From: Azolla caroliniana
Taxonomy: Eukaryota; Plantae; Polypodiophyta
Reading direction: 5' to 3'
DNA length: 64,000 nt
Assembly (NCBI GenBank): GCA_043228905.1
Contig: JBHGNT010000016.1
Location: 14,384,001 to 14,448,000, forward strand
The translations under genes and the position numbers were made by a program. Position 1 is the first letter of the stretch. Each line of letters begins with the position of its first letter. The notes below the pieces were generated by a model. It saw only the letters and a program-made list of their open reading frames with translations, did no database searches and had not been told where the DNA came from. Of this stretch, positions 62,280 to 64,000 are shown one piece after another.

Positions 62280-64000
62280 TGTTGTCCTCTTGTTCTGTGT
62301 GGGAAATGAATGGGGTCCTAATGAGCCAACATCTTCCATATTACGAAGCACTAGAAAGAGAGAGAAAGAATTCTAGACAAGGGGTATTCAATTCAATAAA
62401 AAGAAAGATTATTTTCTATATTAAAGAGAAGGTATTACATTGGGGGTATCCCCCTAATTTCCCAAAAACCAGCCTGCCCTTCTCTATGAGCACAACCTAC
62501 TTAAATACCCATGGACTCAACTACTTCACCACCAATTTCTCTAGCTACTTGACCACTAATTCCTCTAGTTACTTGACCACTAGTTTCTCTAGTTGATCCC
62601 AACCAATCTTCCCCTAATTTCTCTACTTCTAACTACTCCCTAACATAACACTCTCCCACGAGGTGAAGAGTTTCGCCCTCCACACTAAAACACTAGTATA
62701 ATAACATGACTTGCTAAGTCCATAAGTAAATAAAAGAAAAAAGGAATGAAGGACAATGGCAAAGGTGGTCTTACCATACTAATACAATAGGCAGTGTCTA
62801 AAACCTTGCCATTGTAGCACTAATTAGAGCTAGGGTACCCGAACAAGAATGAGGGATCCGAACGAAACAAACTTTCTTTCAGAGATCCATGTGGCTTCCG
62901 AAAGTGGTCGCCCTTTCAACTTGATCAAAAATTTCGTGTTTCCATTGCGCACTTGTTGTTTTAAGATTGCTTCAAGTTTTTCAGCTTCCTCACTTAGGTT
63001 AGTCTTCCGACTCCAATGTTTATCTGCATGAAATCTCTTAAGCAAACTTACATGAAATGTATCATGCACCTTGACAGAACTAGGCAATTTGAGTTTGTAA
63101 GTGACTCCATTAAAACTTTGTAGCACTTCATATGTCCCATAATAACGATGGTTAAATTTAGGTGAGAGTCATCCAGGTAAAGGCCAATGAACGGCACTAA
63201 CGAGGACCAAATCGCCTTTGAAAAATTCGATGTGTTGACATTTTTTGTTAGCTGCCCGAACCATTCGTTCCTTTGATTGTTGTAATCCTTGTTGTGCAAC
63301 TTGCATTGTTGCTTGCCAATCTGCTAGAAAAAGATCGACATCGGGCTCTTTAATTTTATCTCGAACAACATGAGAGACCAAAGCCAATGGAGTAAGAACT
63401 TGCTTCCTTGTAGCTAATTCAAAAGGAGAAAACCCAGTGGCAGAATGTTTAGAGGAGTTATAACAAAATTCCAACATATCAATATGATCCACCCAATCTT
63501 TTTTATCCTCCTGCACATAACAACGAATGTAGTCTTCAAGACTCTGATTTACCCTTTCCGTTTGGCCATCAGTTTGGGGATGAGCCGTCGAAGACATTTG
63601 AAGTTGTGTGCCCAGCAATTTGAATAGTTCTTGCCAAAATCGACTAGTAAAACGCAGATCACTATCGGATACGATAGCCGCATGCATGCCATGATATTTA
63701 AATATATGTTTGAAGAACAATTTGGCTACCTAGAGAGCTGTGAAGGGCGGTTTTGTTGGTACAAAGTGAGCTTGTTTAGAGAAATAGTCGATGACCACCA
63801 TGATCGCATTATAACCTCTTGACATGGGCAAGTCCACTATGAAATCCATACTCACCACATCCCATGGTTGAGCGGGTATTGGCATAGGTTGTAGTAATCC
63901 AAATGGTCGTCCACGCCAAGCTTTGACTTGTTGGCATGTCACACAAGATTGGACGTAGTCTTCTACATCCAACTCCATATGGGGCCAGAAAAAATGTTGT
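62280..64000 (-). mobile_element. 3' part of a Ty3/Gypsy chromovirus (INT, chromodomain, probable LTR 62280-62650)
   Basis: VSMDFI, HPQTDGQTE, HDTFHVSLLK, EATW; TGTT..AACA segment beside purine tract GTGGGAGAG. Confidence 0.82.

Overview
Gene-free block of nested plant retrotransposons. The host is probably a non-seed land plant (inference from Tcn1-like self-priming chromoviruses and CHG-type decay). No host gene or true RNA gene was found. LTR pairs and target-site duplications (TSDs) give this nesting: an old LINE (minus) holds Gypsy E2 and self-priming chromovirus E7. E7 carries Copia E8, Copia E9 and a solo LTR. E2 holds Gypsy E1 (carrying two tRNA-Trp-primed Gag-only elements, G1 and G2) and the non-autonomous self-priming element E3. 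The 5' LTR of E3 holds a ~22-kb block containing Copia E4 (with Copia E4b and chromovirus E5 nested), a solo LTR with a LINE 3' end, and other fragments. Most coding regions are pseudogenised. Main leads: (1) tRNA-like Pol III A-box/B-box cassettes lying antisense near the U3 start of several different LTR families; (2) a very young Gag-only element with a long repeat-, basic- and Trp-rich tail; (3) short stem-loop arrays in three elements; (4) a covarying hairpin next to the PPT; (5) two -1 frameshift signals. All coordinates and comparisons were made by eye.
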